A stretch of DNA of 64,000 nucleotides from Vicinamibacterales bacterium. Lineage in GTDB: Bacteria > Acidobacteriota > Vicinamibacteria > Vicinamibacterales > 2-12-FULL-66-21. Where the stretch lies: assembly GCA_048594975.1 (NCBI GenBank), contig JBMDXQ010000145.1, positions 55,284-119,283 on the forward strand, read 5' to 3'. The notes beneath the pieces are model-generated. The model ran no database searches. It saw nothing but the letters and a program-made list of their open reading frames with translations, and had not been told where the DNA came from. The stretch's first letter is position 1, and each line of letters starts with the position of its first letter. This document shows positions 30,959 through 41,030 of the stretch, in pieces. A program made the translations under genes and the position numbers.

Positions 30959-32067
30959 TGCGTGCGCCGTTGCGCGTGCTGCACCTCTGCGCCGGGAACC
31001 TGTACGGCGGCGTGGAGCGGATCGTCGCCGCGTGCGCGCGGGCGCGGCATCTCTGCCCGACGATGACGCCGTTTGTGGCCGTCTGCTTCGATGGCCGGCT
31101 GTCGCGTGAGGTGGAGGATGCGGGGATGCCCTGCCAGCGGCTGGGCGCGGTGCGGTTCAGCCGGCCATGGACGGTGTGGGCCGCGCGCCGCCGGCTCGCG
31201 CGTCTGCTGTCCATCGAAGCGCCCGACGCGGCGATCTGTCACTCCGCGTGGGCGTTCGCGCTGGCTGCACCGATCGTGCGCCGCCACCGGGCGCAGCTGA
31301 TCCTGTGGCTCCACGATCGCGTGGACGGCCGGACCTGGACCGAGCGCTGGGCCGCGATGTCGGCGCCCGACCTGGTCATCAGCAACAGCCGGTTCACCGC
31401 CGCGACGGTACCGGCCATGTTCCCGCGCGCTGACGCGGTCGTGCTCTACGCGCCCGTGCTCGACGGACCCGGCCTGCCCGCCGGCAGCCGGGAGACGCTG
31501 CGCGCCTCGCTCGGTGCGGACGAGAACGACGTCGTGGTGCTCATGGCGAGCCGCCTCGAGGAATGGAAGGGGCACCGCCTGCTGCTGCGCGCGATCCAGC
31601 ACCTCGCGGGGCAGTGGCGGGTGTGGATTGCCGGGTCCGCGCAGCGTCCGCACGAGGAAGTATACGCGGCGGAGCTGCAGGACACCGTCCGCGCGATGAA
31701 TGCAGCCGCACGGGTGACGTTCCTGGGCGCGCGCGAGGACGTGCCGGCGCTGATGCGGGCGGCCGACGTGTACTGCCAGCCCAATGCCGCACCGGAGCCG
31801 TTCGGGGTCGCGTTCGTCGAAGCGCTCTACGCCGCCCGTCCGGTCGTGACGACCCGCATGGGCGGCGCGCAGGAGATCGTCACCGATCAATGCGGCGTGC
31901 TCGTGCCGGCCGACGACGAGGGGGCACTGGCGGTGGCGCTCGAGCGTCTCGTGTCGGATCCGGCGCTGCGCCGGCGGCTGGGCGAGGCCGGTCCGGCGCG
32001 CGCCCGGGCGCTGTGCGATCCCGCCGACCAGCTGCGCCGCCTGCGCAGCCTCGTGCACGGCGCATGA
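30958..32067 (+). CDS. Glycosyltransferase family 4
   Basis: Internal start MRAPLRVLHLCAGNLYGGVERIV, with a TGATG overlap. C-terminal PNAAPEPFGVAFVEALYAARPVVTTRMGGAQEIV. Confidence 0.8.
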   Translation: MRAPLRVLHLCAGNLYGGVERIVAACARARHLCPTMTPFVAVCFDGRLSREVEDAGMPCQRLGAVRFSRPWTVWAARRRLARLLSIEAPDAAICHSAWAFALAAPIVRRHRAQLILWLHDRVDGRTWTERWAAMSAPDLVISNSRFTAATVPAMFPRADAVVLYAPVLDGPGLPAGSRETLRASLGADENDVVVLMASRLEEWKGHRLLLRAIQHLAGQWRVWIAGSAQRPHEEVYAAELQDTVRAMNAAARVTFLGAREDVPALMRAADVYCQPNAAPEPFGVAFVEALYAARPVVTTRMGGAQEIVTDQCGVLVPADDEGALAVALERLVSDPALRRRLGEAGPARARALCDPADQLRRLRSLVHGA

Positions 32068-32774
32068 GTGCCGGCAGGACCTCCCCGATGCCGCTGACGC
32101 CCGACGCGGAGTGGCGGGCCCGGCAGAGCTTCGGCGCCAGCGAGCCGGTGATCTACGAGACCGTCAGGTCCCTCCTCGCCGAGCGCGGCGTTTCGGGTGT
32201 GATTGCCGACGTCGGGTGCGGCACAGGCGCGCTCGCGCGAATGCTCGCCCCGAGCGTGGGCCAGATCATCGGCGTGGACCTGGTGCGGTACGACGCTCTC
32301 CCCGCAACCGTCGACTTCAGGCACTGCGATCTCGACCGCGAGCCGCTGCCACTGACCGACAGGGAAGTGGACGCCGCCGTCGCGGTGGAGACGATCGAGC
32401 ACCTCGAGAACCCGCGGGCATTCACCCGTGAGCTCGCCCGCATCGTCCGTCCCGGCGGCTGGATCGTCGTCACGACGCCCAACCAGCTGAGCGTGTTGAG
32501 CCTGCTGACGCTGCTCGTGAAGCAGCGGTTTGCCGCATTTCAGGATTCGGCGTATCCCGCGCACCGCACCGCGTTGCTCGAGATCGACCTGCGACGGATC
32601 GCGGCCGAGTGCGCGCTCGAAGACGTGGACATGCGCTACACCTGTTCGGGCCGCGTACCGCTCATGGCGTGTCACTACCCGCGGCGATTCGCACGCGCGT
32701 GGCCACGCGGGCTATCCGACAACGTCGTGCTCATCGGTCGCACGCCAGTGTCTCGAACGACCGCTCCGGGGTAG
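32064..32774 (+). CDS. Class I SAM-dependent methyltransferase
   Basis: Internal start MSAGRTSP, with an ATGA overlap. Motif I is VIADVGCGTGALARML, followed by VETIEHLENP. Confidence 0.8.
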   Translation: MSAGRTSPMPLTPDAEWRARQSFGASEPVIYETVRSLLAERGVSGVIADVGCGTGALARMLAPSVGQIIGVDLVRYDALPATVDFRHCDLDREPLPLTDREVDAAVAVETIEHLENPRAFTRELARIVRPGGWIVVTTPNQLSVLSLLTLLVKQRFAAFQDSAYPAHRTALLEIDLRRIAAECALEDVDMRYTCSGRVPLMACHYPRRFARAWPRGLSDNVVLIGRTPVSRTTAPG

Positions 32775-32777
32775 CGG

Positions 32778-33989
32778 ATGCGCATCGCATTCATCAGCGT
32801 GTCCGACCGGATGGGAGGCTCCGAGGCGGTGCTCCTGGAGACCGTGCGGGGCCTTCGCCGAACGCGCCCCGAATGGGAACTGCACCTGATCTCACCCGGT
32901 GACGGTGCGCTGCCCCGCGCCGCGCGGGCGGCAGGCGCGGCAACCGTCGCGCTCCCGATGCCGCCGGCGATCGCCCGCTTCGGCGAGACGGCCGCGTTCG
33001 GTGGCACGCGCGCGGTGCTGCCGCTCCGGCTCGTGCCGGCGGTCGCGGCGGTCCCCGCCTACCAGAAGGCCTTGAACGGCGCGCTGGATCGGATTGCGCC
33101 GGCAGTCGTCCACACCAACGGGTTCAAGGCGCACGTGTTCGCGGCGCGGCGCCGGGCCGCCGCCGCCCTCGTCTGGCACCTGCACGAGTACGTCACGCCG
33201 AGGCGGCTGACGCGGCGGCTGCTGCGCCACTACGCCGCACGGTGCGACGCCATCGTGGCGAACTCGCGCAGCGTCGGCGCCGACGCCGAGGCCGTCTTCG
33301 CCGGCCGGGCCGCGCAGGTGATCCCGAACGCGGTCGATCTCGACGTGTTCTCGCCCGACGGCGAGCAGACCGATCTTGACGCGCTGAGCGGGCTGGCGCC
33401 GGCACCGCCGGGCACGATCAGGGTCGGCCTGGTCGCTGCCTTCGCGCGCTGGAAAGGACACGCCGTGTTCCTCGAAGCGCTCGCGCGGCTGCCACGGGAA
33501 CTGCAGCTGCGCGGCTATGTCGTCGGCGGGCCCGTTTACGACACCGCGGGCAGCCAGTACTCGACTGCGGAGCTCGCCACGCTGGCCCGGGTGCGCGGCC
33601 TCGACGGCCGGCTCGGCCTGACCGGTTTCGTCGCCGCCCCCGCCGGCGCGCTGCGCGCGCTCGACATCGTCGTGCACGCCAGCACCGATCCGGAGCCCTT
33701 CGGCCTCGTCGTCGCCGAGGCGATGGCGTGCGGCCGCGCCGTGGTGACGAGCGGCACCGGCGGCAGCGCCGAGCTCGTGCGCGACGGCGTGGACGCCATC
33801 GTGCACCGTGCGGGAGACGCCGGAGATCTCGCGTGCGGTATCGCCCGGCTCGCCGGCGAGCATATGCTGCGCCGGCGAATCGGCGAACGGGCACGTGCCA
33901 CTGCGCAGGCGAGGTTCGATTCCCGGCGCCTGTCGGAGCAGTTCGCCACCGTCTACGAGGACGCGGCCCGCCGCCGGGGGACACGATGA
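32778..33989 (+). CDS. Glycosyltransferase family 4
   Basis: 403 aa. MRIAFISVSDRMGGSE at the N-terminus. HASTDPEPFGLVVAEAMACGRAVVTSGTGGSAELV. Confidence 0.8.
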   Translation: MRIAFISVSDRMGGSEAVLLETVRGLRRTRPEWELHLISPGDGALPRAARAAGAATVALPMPPAIARFGETAAFGGTRAVLPLRLVPAVAAVPAYQKALNGALDRIAPAVVHTNGFKAHVFAARRRAAAALVWHLHEYVTPRRLTRRLLRHYAARCDAIVANSRSVGADAEAVFAGRAAQVIPNAVDLDVFSPDGEQTDLDALSGLAPAPPGTIRVGLVAAFARWKGHAVFLEALARLPRELQLRGYVVGGPVYDTAGSQYSTAELATLARVRGLDGRLGLTGFVAAPAGALRALDIVVHASTDPEPFGLVVAEAMACGRAVVTSGTGGSAELVRDGVDAIVHRAGDAGDLACGIARLAGEHMLRRRIGERARATAQARFDSRRLSEQFATVYEDAARRRGTR

Positions 33990-35353
33990 CGGGAACCGCG
34001 GTGCAGCCGCTCGGTGCATCGGCGATGCGACAGGCCGCCGTCCCGGCCCGCCTGCCGTGGGGATTCGCCGAGCTGTTCGTCGTCAGCCAGACGGCGCTGC
34101 CGGCGCTTCTCTATCTGCCGGGCACGCAGGCGATACGGCTGCCGATTCGCGTATCAGCCTTCGTGATCAGCCTGGCGGCGCTCGGCTGGTCGCTCGCGAA
34201 CCCGCGGCACCGCTGTCCTCCCCACCGCGCGTCCCCCTGGCTGGTCGGCGCGTTCGGCGTCCTGCTGCTGATGATCTTCCATCCGACTACCAGCTCGCTC
34301 TACGGCGGGCTGGCGCACGCGGCGCTATACGTTGCGGTCGCGGCGCCGTTCGTCTGGGCGCCGGGGTTCGTGCACACGCCCGAACAGCTCGCTCGCCTGA
34401 TCGCCCTCATTCTCGTGTGCAGCGGGGCCAACGCCGTCGTGGGCGTCTTGCAGGTCTACGCGCCCGAGACCTTCATGCCGCAGGAGCTCTCGCGCGTGCT
34501 CACCGCCTCGTCTACAGGCCTCGGGCCGGTGACCTACACGGGCCCCGACGGCCGCGTCATCGTCCGTCCGCCCGGGCTGTTCGACACGCCTGGCGCGGTC
34601 GCCGGTCCGGCGATGTTCGCGGCGCTGCTCGGCGTGGTGTTCGGCCTGAGCGCGCTGCCCGCCTGGAAACGGGCCGGGAGCTTCGTGCTCGCCGGGGCCG
34701 GCTTCGCTGCGGTCTACCTCACGCAGGTGCGCATCAGCTTCGCGATGATCCTGCTGATGTTCATCGGCTACGCGGTGGCGCTGCTGCGCCAGCGACGCTT
34801 CGGCAAGGCGACCACGATCGGCGTGCTGGGCGGCGTCCTGCTCTGCACCGGGTTCGCGTTCGCGCTGACCCTCGGCGGACAGAGCGTCTCCGAGCGGTTC
34901 ATGACGGTGCTGGCCGGCGATCCGGTCTCGGTGTACTACGAGGCGCGCGGGATTCAGCTCTCGTACAGCCTCTCGGAGCTGATGCTCGATTACCCGATCG
35001 GCGCGGGGCTGGCGCGCTGGGGCATGGCGGCGGCGTACTTCGGGTCGTCGCGCGTGCCGACGATGTGGGCGGAACTGCAGGTGACGGGCTGGTTGATCGA
35101 CGGCGGCGTGCCGCTGCTCGTGCTCTACAGCGGCGCCCTGCTGGTCGTCGCCCACTCGCAGTTCCGGCTCGCGCGGCTGACGCAGTATCCGCGTATCGCC
35201 GCCTGCGCGGCGGTCGTATTCGCCGTCGGCCTGGGACCGATCGCGATGACGGTGAGCTTCACGCCGTTTGTCACGCAGCTCGGGGTGCAGTTCTGGTTCC
35301 TCGCCGGCGCGCTGCACGGCGTCGCGTGCCGCGCGCGGCTGCAGCACGCATGA
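33986..35353 (+). CDS. wzy: Wzy-type polymerase / O-antigen-ligase-like polytopic membrane protein
   Basis: Internal start MTGTAVQPLG, with an ATGA overlap. About 10-12 TM segments with a large loop. Sits in a Wzx/Wzy-type EPS operon. Confidence 0.6.
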   Translation: MTGTAVQPLGASAMRQAAVPARLPWGFAELFVVSQTALPALLYLPGTQAIRLPIRVSAFVISLAALGWSLANPRHRCPPHRASPWLVGAFGVLLLMIFHPTTSSLYGGLAHAALYVAVAAPFVWAPGFVHTPEQLARLIALILVCSGANAVVGVLQVYAPETFMPQELSRVLTASSTGLGPVTYTGPDGRVIVRPPGLFDTPGAVAGPAMFAALLGVVFGLSALPAWKRAGSFVLAGAGFAAVYLTQVRISFAMILLMFIGYAVALLRQRRFGKATTIGVLGGVLLCTGFAFALTLGGQSVSERFMTVLAGDPVSVYYEARGIQLSYSLSELMLDYPIGAGLARWGMAAAYFGSSRVPTMWAELQVTGWLIDGGVPLLVLYSGALLVVAHSQFRLARLTQYPRIAACAAVVFAVGLGPIAMTVSFTPFVTQLGVQFWFLAGALHGVACRARLQHA

Positions 35354-36477
35354 CCTCGTGGCTGCTCGTGTCCGGGGACTTCACGCCGCTCGGCGGGATG
35401 GACCGCGCCAACCACGCGCTGGCGGCGTACCTCGCCGGGCGCCCCGACACCTGCGTGCATCTGGTAACGCACCGCGCCTGGCCCGATCTGGAGGCGCGCG
35501 CGGCGGTTCGCGTGCACCGGGTCGTGCGGCCGGCGGGATCGCACCTGGCCGGCGCTCCGCTGCTGGCCGCCTCCGCGCTGCGCTGGACGCAGCGGTTGCG
35601 CCGCGAGCGCCCTCGAGTGGTCGCCAACGGCGGCAACGCCGACCTGGGAGAGGTCACGTGGGTGCACTACGTTCATGCGGCGTACCGGCCGACGACCGCC
35701 GATTCGGCGCTGCGGCGCTGTCGCGCCCGTGCCACGCACGGGTACTTCTCGCGTCTCGAGCGGGCGGCACTGCCGCGGGCGCGGCTCGTGATCTGCAACA
35801 GCCGGCGCACCGCGCGCGACGTCGTCGATCGTCTCGGCGTGATGAGCAGCCGCGTGCGCACTGTCTACTACGGCGCCGACGCGGCACAACTGTCGACGGT
35901 CGACGCCGAGGAGCGCGCGCGGGCGCGCGCTGCGCTCGGGTGGCAAGAGCGGCGCCGCACCGCGCTCTTCGTCGGAGCCCTCGGCGATCGAAGGAAGGGA
36001 TTCGACCGGCTGTTCGAGGCGTGGACGCGGCTGCTCGCCGACCCCGCGTGGGACGTCGATCTCATGGCCGCCGGGGAGGGCAGCGAGCTATCGGCGTGGC
36101 GTCGGCGGGCCGACGACCACGCCGGCCGCATCCGGCTCCTGGGTTTCCGGACCGACGTGCCGCGGTTGCTCGCGGCGAGCGATCTGCTCGTCCACCCGGC
36201 GCGCTACGAGGCGTACGGACTCGGCGTCCACGAGGCGATCTGCCGCGGCATTCCCGCCCTCGTCAGCGCCGGGGCGGGCGTTGCCGAGCGCTATCCTGCG
36301 GAGCTCCGCGAGCTCCTGCTGCAGGACGTGGAGAACGTCGACGAGCTGTGCGCCTGCCTGCGACGGTGGCGTGCCGACGCGGACGGGGTGGCGGCGCGCG
36401 TGAAGCCGTTCGCCGATCGGTTGCGGGAACGCTCGTGGGACGACATGGCTGCCGAGATCGTGGAGCTGCTCTCGTGA
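35350..36477 (+). CDS. Glycosyltransferase family 4
   Basis: Internal start MTSWLLVSGDFTPLGGMDRAN of ORF-track 33808..36477, with an ATGA overlap. LLVHPARYEAYGLGVHEAICRGIPALVS. Confidence 0.75.
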   Translation: MTSWLLVSGDFTPLGGMDRANHALAAYLAGRPDTCVHLVTHRAWPDLEARAAVRVHRVVRPAGSHLAGAPLLAASALRWTQRLRRERPRVVANGGNADLGEVTWVHYVHAAYRPTTADSALRRCRARATHGYFSRLERAALPRARLVICNSRRTARDVVDRLGVMSSRVRTVYYGADAAQLSTVDAEERARARAALGWQERRRTALFVGALGDRRKGFDRLFEAWTRLLADPAWDVDLMAAGEGSELSAWRRRADDHAGRIRLLGFRTDVPRLLAASDLLVHPARYEAYGLGVHEAICRGIPALVSAGAGVAERYPAELRELLLQDVENVDELCACLRRWRADADGVAARVKPFADRLRERSWDDMAAEIVELLS

Positions 36478-37409
36478 CGGTGACTGCCGGCTTCGCGCCG
36501 CTCGCGTCCTGCTGGATCTGCGGCGGCGCCGCGCTCGTGCCCGTGCACGAGCTCCGCTTCGAGCTGGAGATCTACCGCACCCAGGACCCAGAGCTCGCCG
36601 CCTACCACGGCCAGCGGCTCGCGCTGCAGCGCTGTCGCGCCTGCGGTTTCGCGCAGCCGGAGGCGCTCCCGGTGCTGCCACGGTTCTTCGATCGCATGTA
36701 CGACCAGCGCTGGTCGGAGGACTGGGTTGAGGGCGAGGTCCGTTCGCCGGTGAAGGACCTGATCTTCTCGCACGTGCTCGACGCGCTGGCGCGACGCCTG
36801 CCGCCCGGGCGCCGTCGGCTGCTGGACGTCGGCGCGCACGCTGGCCGCTTCCTCCGGATCGCCAACCGGAGAGGATGGACGAGCGAAGGCATCGAACTCA
36901 ACCCGCAGACCTGCGCCTACGCCTCCCGCAGCGCCGGGGTAGTCGTCCACCAGGGGAACGTGCACACCCTCGAGACCGCAGGTCGGCGCTTCGACACGAT
37001 CACGATGACCGACGTGCTCGAGCACGTTCCGGATCCGGTAGCGGTACTCCGGCGCGTCCACGCGCTGCTCGACGAGGGCGGGTGGGTGGCAATCAAAGTG
37101 CCGAACGGCCCGGCACAGCGCCTGAAGGAGCGGCTGAAGTCCTGGCTGCTTCCCCGGTACCGGCCGTCGCTTGCCGACAACCTGGTGCACGTGAACCACT
37201 TTTCGGCTGCGTCGCTCCGGCTCGCGCTGAGCGTCGCCGGCTTCGCGGGGACGACCATCACGGTCGGCGCGCCGGAGCTCCCCGCCGGGAGCGGAGCGGC
37301 GCACGCGTTTGCCCGGACGGCGAGGCGCGCGCTGTTCATCGCGGCGCACCTCACGGGCGGCGCCTGCTCCCCGGTTGCCTTCAACCTCCAGGCGTATGCA
37401 CGCCGCTGA
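36474..37409 (+). CDS. Class I SAM-dependent methyltransferase with N-terminal CxxC...CxxC zinc-ribbon
   Basis: GTG start overlapping the previous stop (GTGA). CWICGG...CRACGF, then LLDVGAHAGRFL and MTDVLEHVPDP. Confidence 0.75.
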   Translation: MTVTAGFAPLASCWICGGAALVPVHELRFELEIYRTQDPELAAYHGQRLALQRCRACGFAQPEALPVLPRFFDRMYDQRWSEDWVEGEVRSPVKDLIFSHVLDALARRLPPGRRRLLDVGAHAGRFLRIANRRGWTSEGIELNPQTCAYASRSAGVVVHQGNVHTLETAGRRFDTITMTDVLEHVPDPVAVLRRVHALLDEGGWVAIKVPNGPAQRLKERLKSWLLPRYRPSLADNLVHVNHFSAASLRLALSVAGFAGTTITVGAPELPAGSGAAHAFARTARRALFIAAHLTGGACSPVAFNLQAYARR

Positions 37410-37427
37410 TCCGCCCGGCGTATCGAC

Positions 37428-38981
37428 ATGACGCGCGTTGCCCGCGCTTCGATCGCGACGGTCTACGGCTACCTGCGGTTCGGCCTCGCGCTTGCCGCCG
37501 GCCTGCTGGTGGTGCCCTTCGTCGTCGGCGAGCTCGGGCCGCGCGTGTACGGGTTCTGGCTCGCGTCGGGCGAGGTGCTGGGTTACGCCGCGATGGCGGA
37601 CTTCGGCCTGCTCGGCACCATGCCGTGGCTCGTCGCCGAAGCCGACGGCCGGCGCGACCGCGAATCGATCAGGCGGCTGATGAGCAACGGCGCCGCGGCC
37701 GCGCTGATGCTCACGGTCGTCTACGCGGCGGGCGTGCTGCTCCTGTGGCACGTGCTGCCGTCCCTGCTTCGACTCGGTCCCGCGGAGCGCGAGGTCGTGC
37801 TCGGGCCGTTCGTGCTGGTTGCCGTCGCGGCCGGGCTGACCATGCCGCTGCGCATCTTCAGCGTGACGCTCGCGGGCCTCCAGGACGTGACGTTCCAGGG
37901 CATCGTCTCCGCCTGCGCCTGGGCCGCCGACGTGGTGCTGACCATCGTCCTGCTGGAGCTCGGCTACGGGCTGTACGCTCTGGCGGCGGCCGCAGCGTTT
38001 CCCGGACTGGCTGCCGCCCTGGCGTCCGCCGTGCGGTTGCGGCTGATTGCGCCCGACCTGACGACCGGGTGGAACCCTCCGACGCGGTCCGTCATTTCGC
38101 GCCTGTTCAAGGAGAGCATCGGCGCCTGGTTCAGCCAGTGGGGCTGGCGGCTGACGTCGGCGACCGACGGCATCATCCTCGCCGCGCTTGGCAATCCCGT
38201 TGCCGTCACCGCGCTGGCGATGACGTCGCGGCTCGGGAACATGTTGATGCAGATGTCGTGGATGCCCGGCGACAGCGCACTGGTCGGCCTCGCCAGCCTG
38301 AGCGGCGAGCGGCACCCGCCGCGGCTGCGCGCCGCGGTGGTGGCGCTGCTGCGCGTGAACATCGCGCTTGCCGGCGCCGCTGTCTGCGTCGTACTCGCCG
38401 CCAACCCGGGGTTCGTGGCCTGGTGGATCCCCGGCAACGTCTTCGCGGGGGACCGGGTGAATGGGCTCCTCGCGGTTGCCCTCATGCTCAGCTCGATCGC
38501 CCACGCCGTGATCATCGTGACCAGCGTGCTCGGCCGGCGCGTGCTCGTGGGCGTCGCTACGCTGGCCACCGGCGTCGGGCAGGCGACGCTGGCATATCTG
38601 CTGGCGCGTCAGTTCGGCGTTACCGGGGTCGTCGTCGCATCGATTGCAGCGCAGACGCTCATCCTGCTGCCGATGCTCGCGCGCGCATTCGCGGCGATGG
38701 GCGGGGTGAGCTTCGGGGATGCCGTCCGCGAGGTGGCGCTGCCGCTGCTCACGCGGTCTGGTCCGCTCGCCGTCGCGGCCTTCGCGATCGGCTTCTGGCT
38801 GCCCCCGCCGCCCGGCTGGACGGTCGTCCTGCTCGGCGCCGCGGTGGGAGTGGCCTACCTGTGGCTGACGCGCAGCGTGTATCTCGATTACCCGGCGATC
38901 CAGGCCCTGCTCGATCGCCTTCCCGCCTGGGGGATGCCGCCGGCGCTGCGGCGGCGCCTGGCGCCGAGGCGCGCGGTGTGA
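37428..38981 (+). CDS. wzx: Wzx-type oligosaccharide flippase (MOP superfamily)
   Basis: 517 aa with about 12-14 TM segments. N-terminal pattern is typical of polysaccharide biosynthesis/flippase proteins. Confidence 0.7.
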   Translation: MTRVARASIATVYGYLRFGLALAAGLLVVPFVVGELGPRVYGFWLASGEVLGYAAMADFGLLGTMPWLVAEADGRRDRESIRRLMSNGAAAALMLTVVYAAGVLLLWHVLPSLLRLGPAEREVVLGPFVLVAVAAGLTMPLRIFSVTLAGLQDVTFQGIVSACAWAADVVLTIVLLELGYGLYALAAAAAFPGLAAALASAVRLRLIAPDLTTGWNPPTRSVISRLFKESIGAWFSQWGWRLTSATDGIILAALGNPVAVTALAMTSRLGNMLMQMSWMPGDSALVGLASLSGERHPPRLRAAVVALLRVNIALAGAAVCVVLAANPGFVAWWIPGNVFAGDRVNGLLAVALMLSSIAHAVIIVTSVLGRRVLVGVATLATGVGQATLAYLLARQFGVTGVVVASIAAQTLILLPMLARAFAAMGGVSFGDAVREVALPLLTRSGPLAVAAFAIGFWLPPPPGWTVVLLGAAVGVAYLWLTRSVYLDYPAIQALLDRLPAWGMPPALRRRLAPRRAV

Positions 38982-38988
38982 CGCCGGC

Positions 38989-39849
38989 ATGACTGGGCAC
39001 ACCGGCATCGGACGGTCGTACCGGGACCCCGGCCGGGTCGAACGGCTGGGATCGCGGCTGCGAGCCGCCGTGGCCGCGACGCCCTTTCGCGGCGTGCTGC
39101 GGACCGTCTTTCGCCGGACGCTCGGCTGGGTGGCGGGCGATCGTCTCGTGGCGACACTCCCCGGGGGTGAGCGGGTGCGCGTGTTGCCGGAGCATCGGCA
39201 ACTCGCGTGGAACGCGGAAGAGTACGCGGCATTCAAGAGCGCGGTCATCTCCGGCGCAACGGTCTTCGACGTCGGCGCCAACCTCGGCGCCTACACGGTG
39301 TTGTTCGCGCAGTGGGTCGGTCCACGCGGCCGCGTGTTCGCCTTCGAGCCGGCGCCCGACACCCGGTCCGGGCTCGTCCGTCAGGTCGCGCTCAACGGCG
39401 TCGACATGCGCGTCGAGGTGCGGCCGGAGGCGGTGGCGGCCTCGAGCGGCGTGCGCTCCCTTCACGCGAGCGGGCTGCGGGGCGACAACCGGCTGGCGTC
39501 GGCGGACGCCGCGCCCGACGGCGACTGCCTGCCCGTTCCGACGACGAGCATCGACGAGTTCTGTGAGGGCGGCGGGATCGACCCCGACGTGCTCAAGATC
39601 GATGTCGAGGGGGCCGAGCTCGACGTCCTGCGCGGAGCGCGGCGCACCATCGCCAGGCGTGGATCGTCATTGATGCTTTTCGTCGAGCTGCATCCGCGCA
39701 TATGGGGGCAGTCAGGTGTCTCCCGGGGGGACCTCGAAGACGAGCTGGCCGCGCAGGGTCTGACGATCGAGCGGATTGATGACGGCGGAGATCCATGGGC
39801 GATCGAGGGCGTCTGCGTTCGTGTCCGGCGGCGGCCATGCGCATCCTGA
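38989..39849 (+). CDS. FkbM-family methyltransferase
   Basis: 286 aa. VFDVGANLGAYTVLFA...VFAFEP and LKIDVEGAELDVLRGA signatures. Confidence 0.8.
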   Translation: MTGHTGIGRSYRDPGRVERLGSRLRAAVAATPFRGVLRTVFRRTLGWVAGDRLVATLPGGERVRVLPEHRQLAWNAEEYAAFKSAVISGATVFDVGANLGAYTVLFAQWVGPRGRVFAFEPAPDTRSGLVRQVALNGVDMRVEVRPEAVAASSGVRSLHASGLRGDNRLASADAAPDGDCLPVPTTSIDEFCEGGGIDPDVLKIDVEGAELDVLRGARRTIARRGSSLMLFVELHPRIWGQSGVSRGDLEDELAAQGLTIERIDDGGDPWAIEGVCVRVRRRPCAS

Positions 39850-41030
39850 TCGCGAACGAGGCGGCGGTCGGAAACGGCGGCGTGGAGAGCTACCTCTCGG
39901 CGCTCATGCCGGCGCTGAGCGCGCGCGGGTACGCCGTCGCGCTGCTCCACGCAAACACGCGGCGCGAGGCGGGGAGCACCCGCCTCGAGGGTGCGGAGCT
40001 GAATGCCAGCGTCGCCGACGACTCGCTGGAGGGCGCCTTCGATCGGGTGCGCGCATGGCGGCCTGACGTCTGCTTCTCGCACAACCTGCGTCAGCTCGAC
40101 GTCGAGGAGCGTCTGCTCGCGGAATGGCCCGTCGTCAAGATGATGCACGGCTACTTCGGGACCTGCGTCAGCGGGCAGAAGACGCATGCGTACCCCGCGC
40201 CGGTGCCTTGCACGCGCGAGTTTGGCGCCGCCTGCCTCGCCTTGTACCTCCCGCGCCACTGCGGGCGCTACCGCCCCCTGGTGATGGTGCGCCAATTCCG
40301 CGGGGAGCTGCGCCAGCACTCGCTGCTACCGCGCTATGCGGCAGTCCTGACCGCCAGCCGTCACATGGCCGCCGAGTTCGTGCGTCATGGCGTCGCGCCC
40401 GGACGGGTGATCGCCGCGCCGCTCTTTCCAACGGAGCGGCCCGCCGGTGCCCTGCGCGAGGTTCCGCTGACGCCGACCGTGCTCTTTGCCGGGAGAATGA
40501 CGCCACTCAAGGGCGGCGACGTGCTCGTCCGCGCCGTTGCCCTGGCCTCCCGGGCGCTGGGTGGGACCGTGCAGCTGATGATGGCGGGCGACGGCCCGGA
40601 GCGGCACGCGCTCGACGCGCTCGCGCAACGGCTGGGCGTCGCCGCGACTTTTGCCGGCTGGGTCGGCGGCCGCGCGCGAACGTCGCTGTTCCGCGCGGCC
40701 AGCGTGGTGGCGGTGCCCAGCCTGTGGCCGGAGCCGTTCGGTCTCGTGGGCCTCGACGTGGGCGTGCACGGCGTACCGGCGGTTGCCTTCGATGTCGGTG
40801 GAATCGGCGAGTGGCTGCGCGACGGCGTCAACGGCGTGCTCGTGCGCAAGCCGGGGAGCGCCGAAGCTCTCGGCGGGGCACTCGCCGACGTGCTCGCGGA
40901 TCGCGAACGCCTGGCGCGCTACGGCGAAGGCGCTGCTGTCGTGGCGGCTGACATGTCCATCGACGTCCACGTCGCGGCGGTCGAGCGCGTGCTCCTCGAC
41001 GTGGCGGCGGCGAACCGGGCGGCCATGTGA
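39837..41030 (+). CDS. Glycosyltransferase family 4
   Basis: Internal start MRILIANEAAVGNGGVESY, with a 13-nt overlap. VVAVPSLWPEPFGLVGLDVGVHGVPAVAFDVGGIGEWL. Confidence 0.75.
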   Translation: MRILIANEAAVGNGGVESYLSALMPALSARGYAVALLHANTRREAGSTRLEGAELNASVADDSLEGAFDRVRAWRPDVCFSHNLRQLDVEERLLAEWPVVKMMHGYFGTCVSGQKTHAYPAPVPCTREFGAACLALYLPRHCGRYRPLVMVRQFRGELRQHSLLPRYAAVLTASRHMAAEFVRHGVAPGRVIAAPLFPTERPAGALREVPLTPTVLFAGRMTPLKGGDVLVRAVALASRALGGTVQLMMAGDGPERHALDALAQRLGVAATFAGWVGGRARTSLFRAASVVAVPSLWPEPFGLVGLDVGVHGVPAVAFDVGGIGEWLRDGVNGVLVRKPGSAEALGGALADVLADRERLARYGEGAAVVAADMSIDVHVAAVERVLLDVAAANRAAM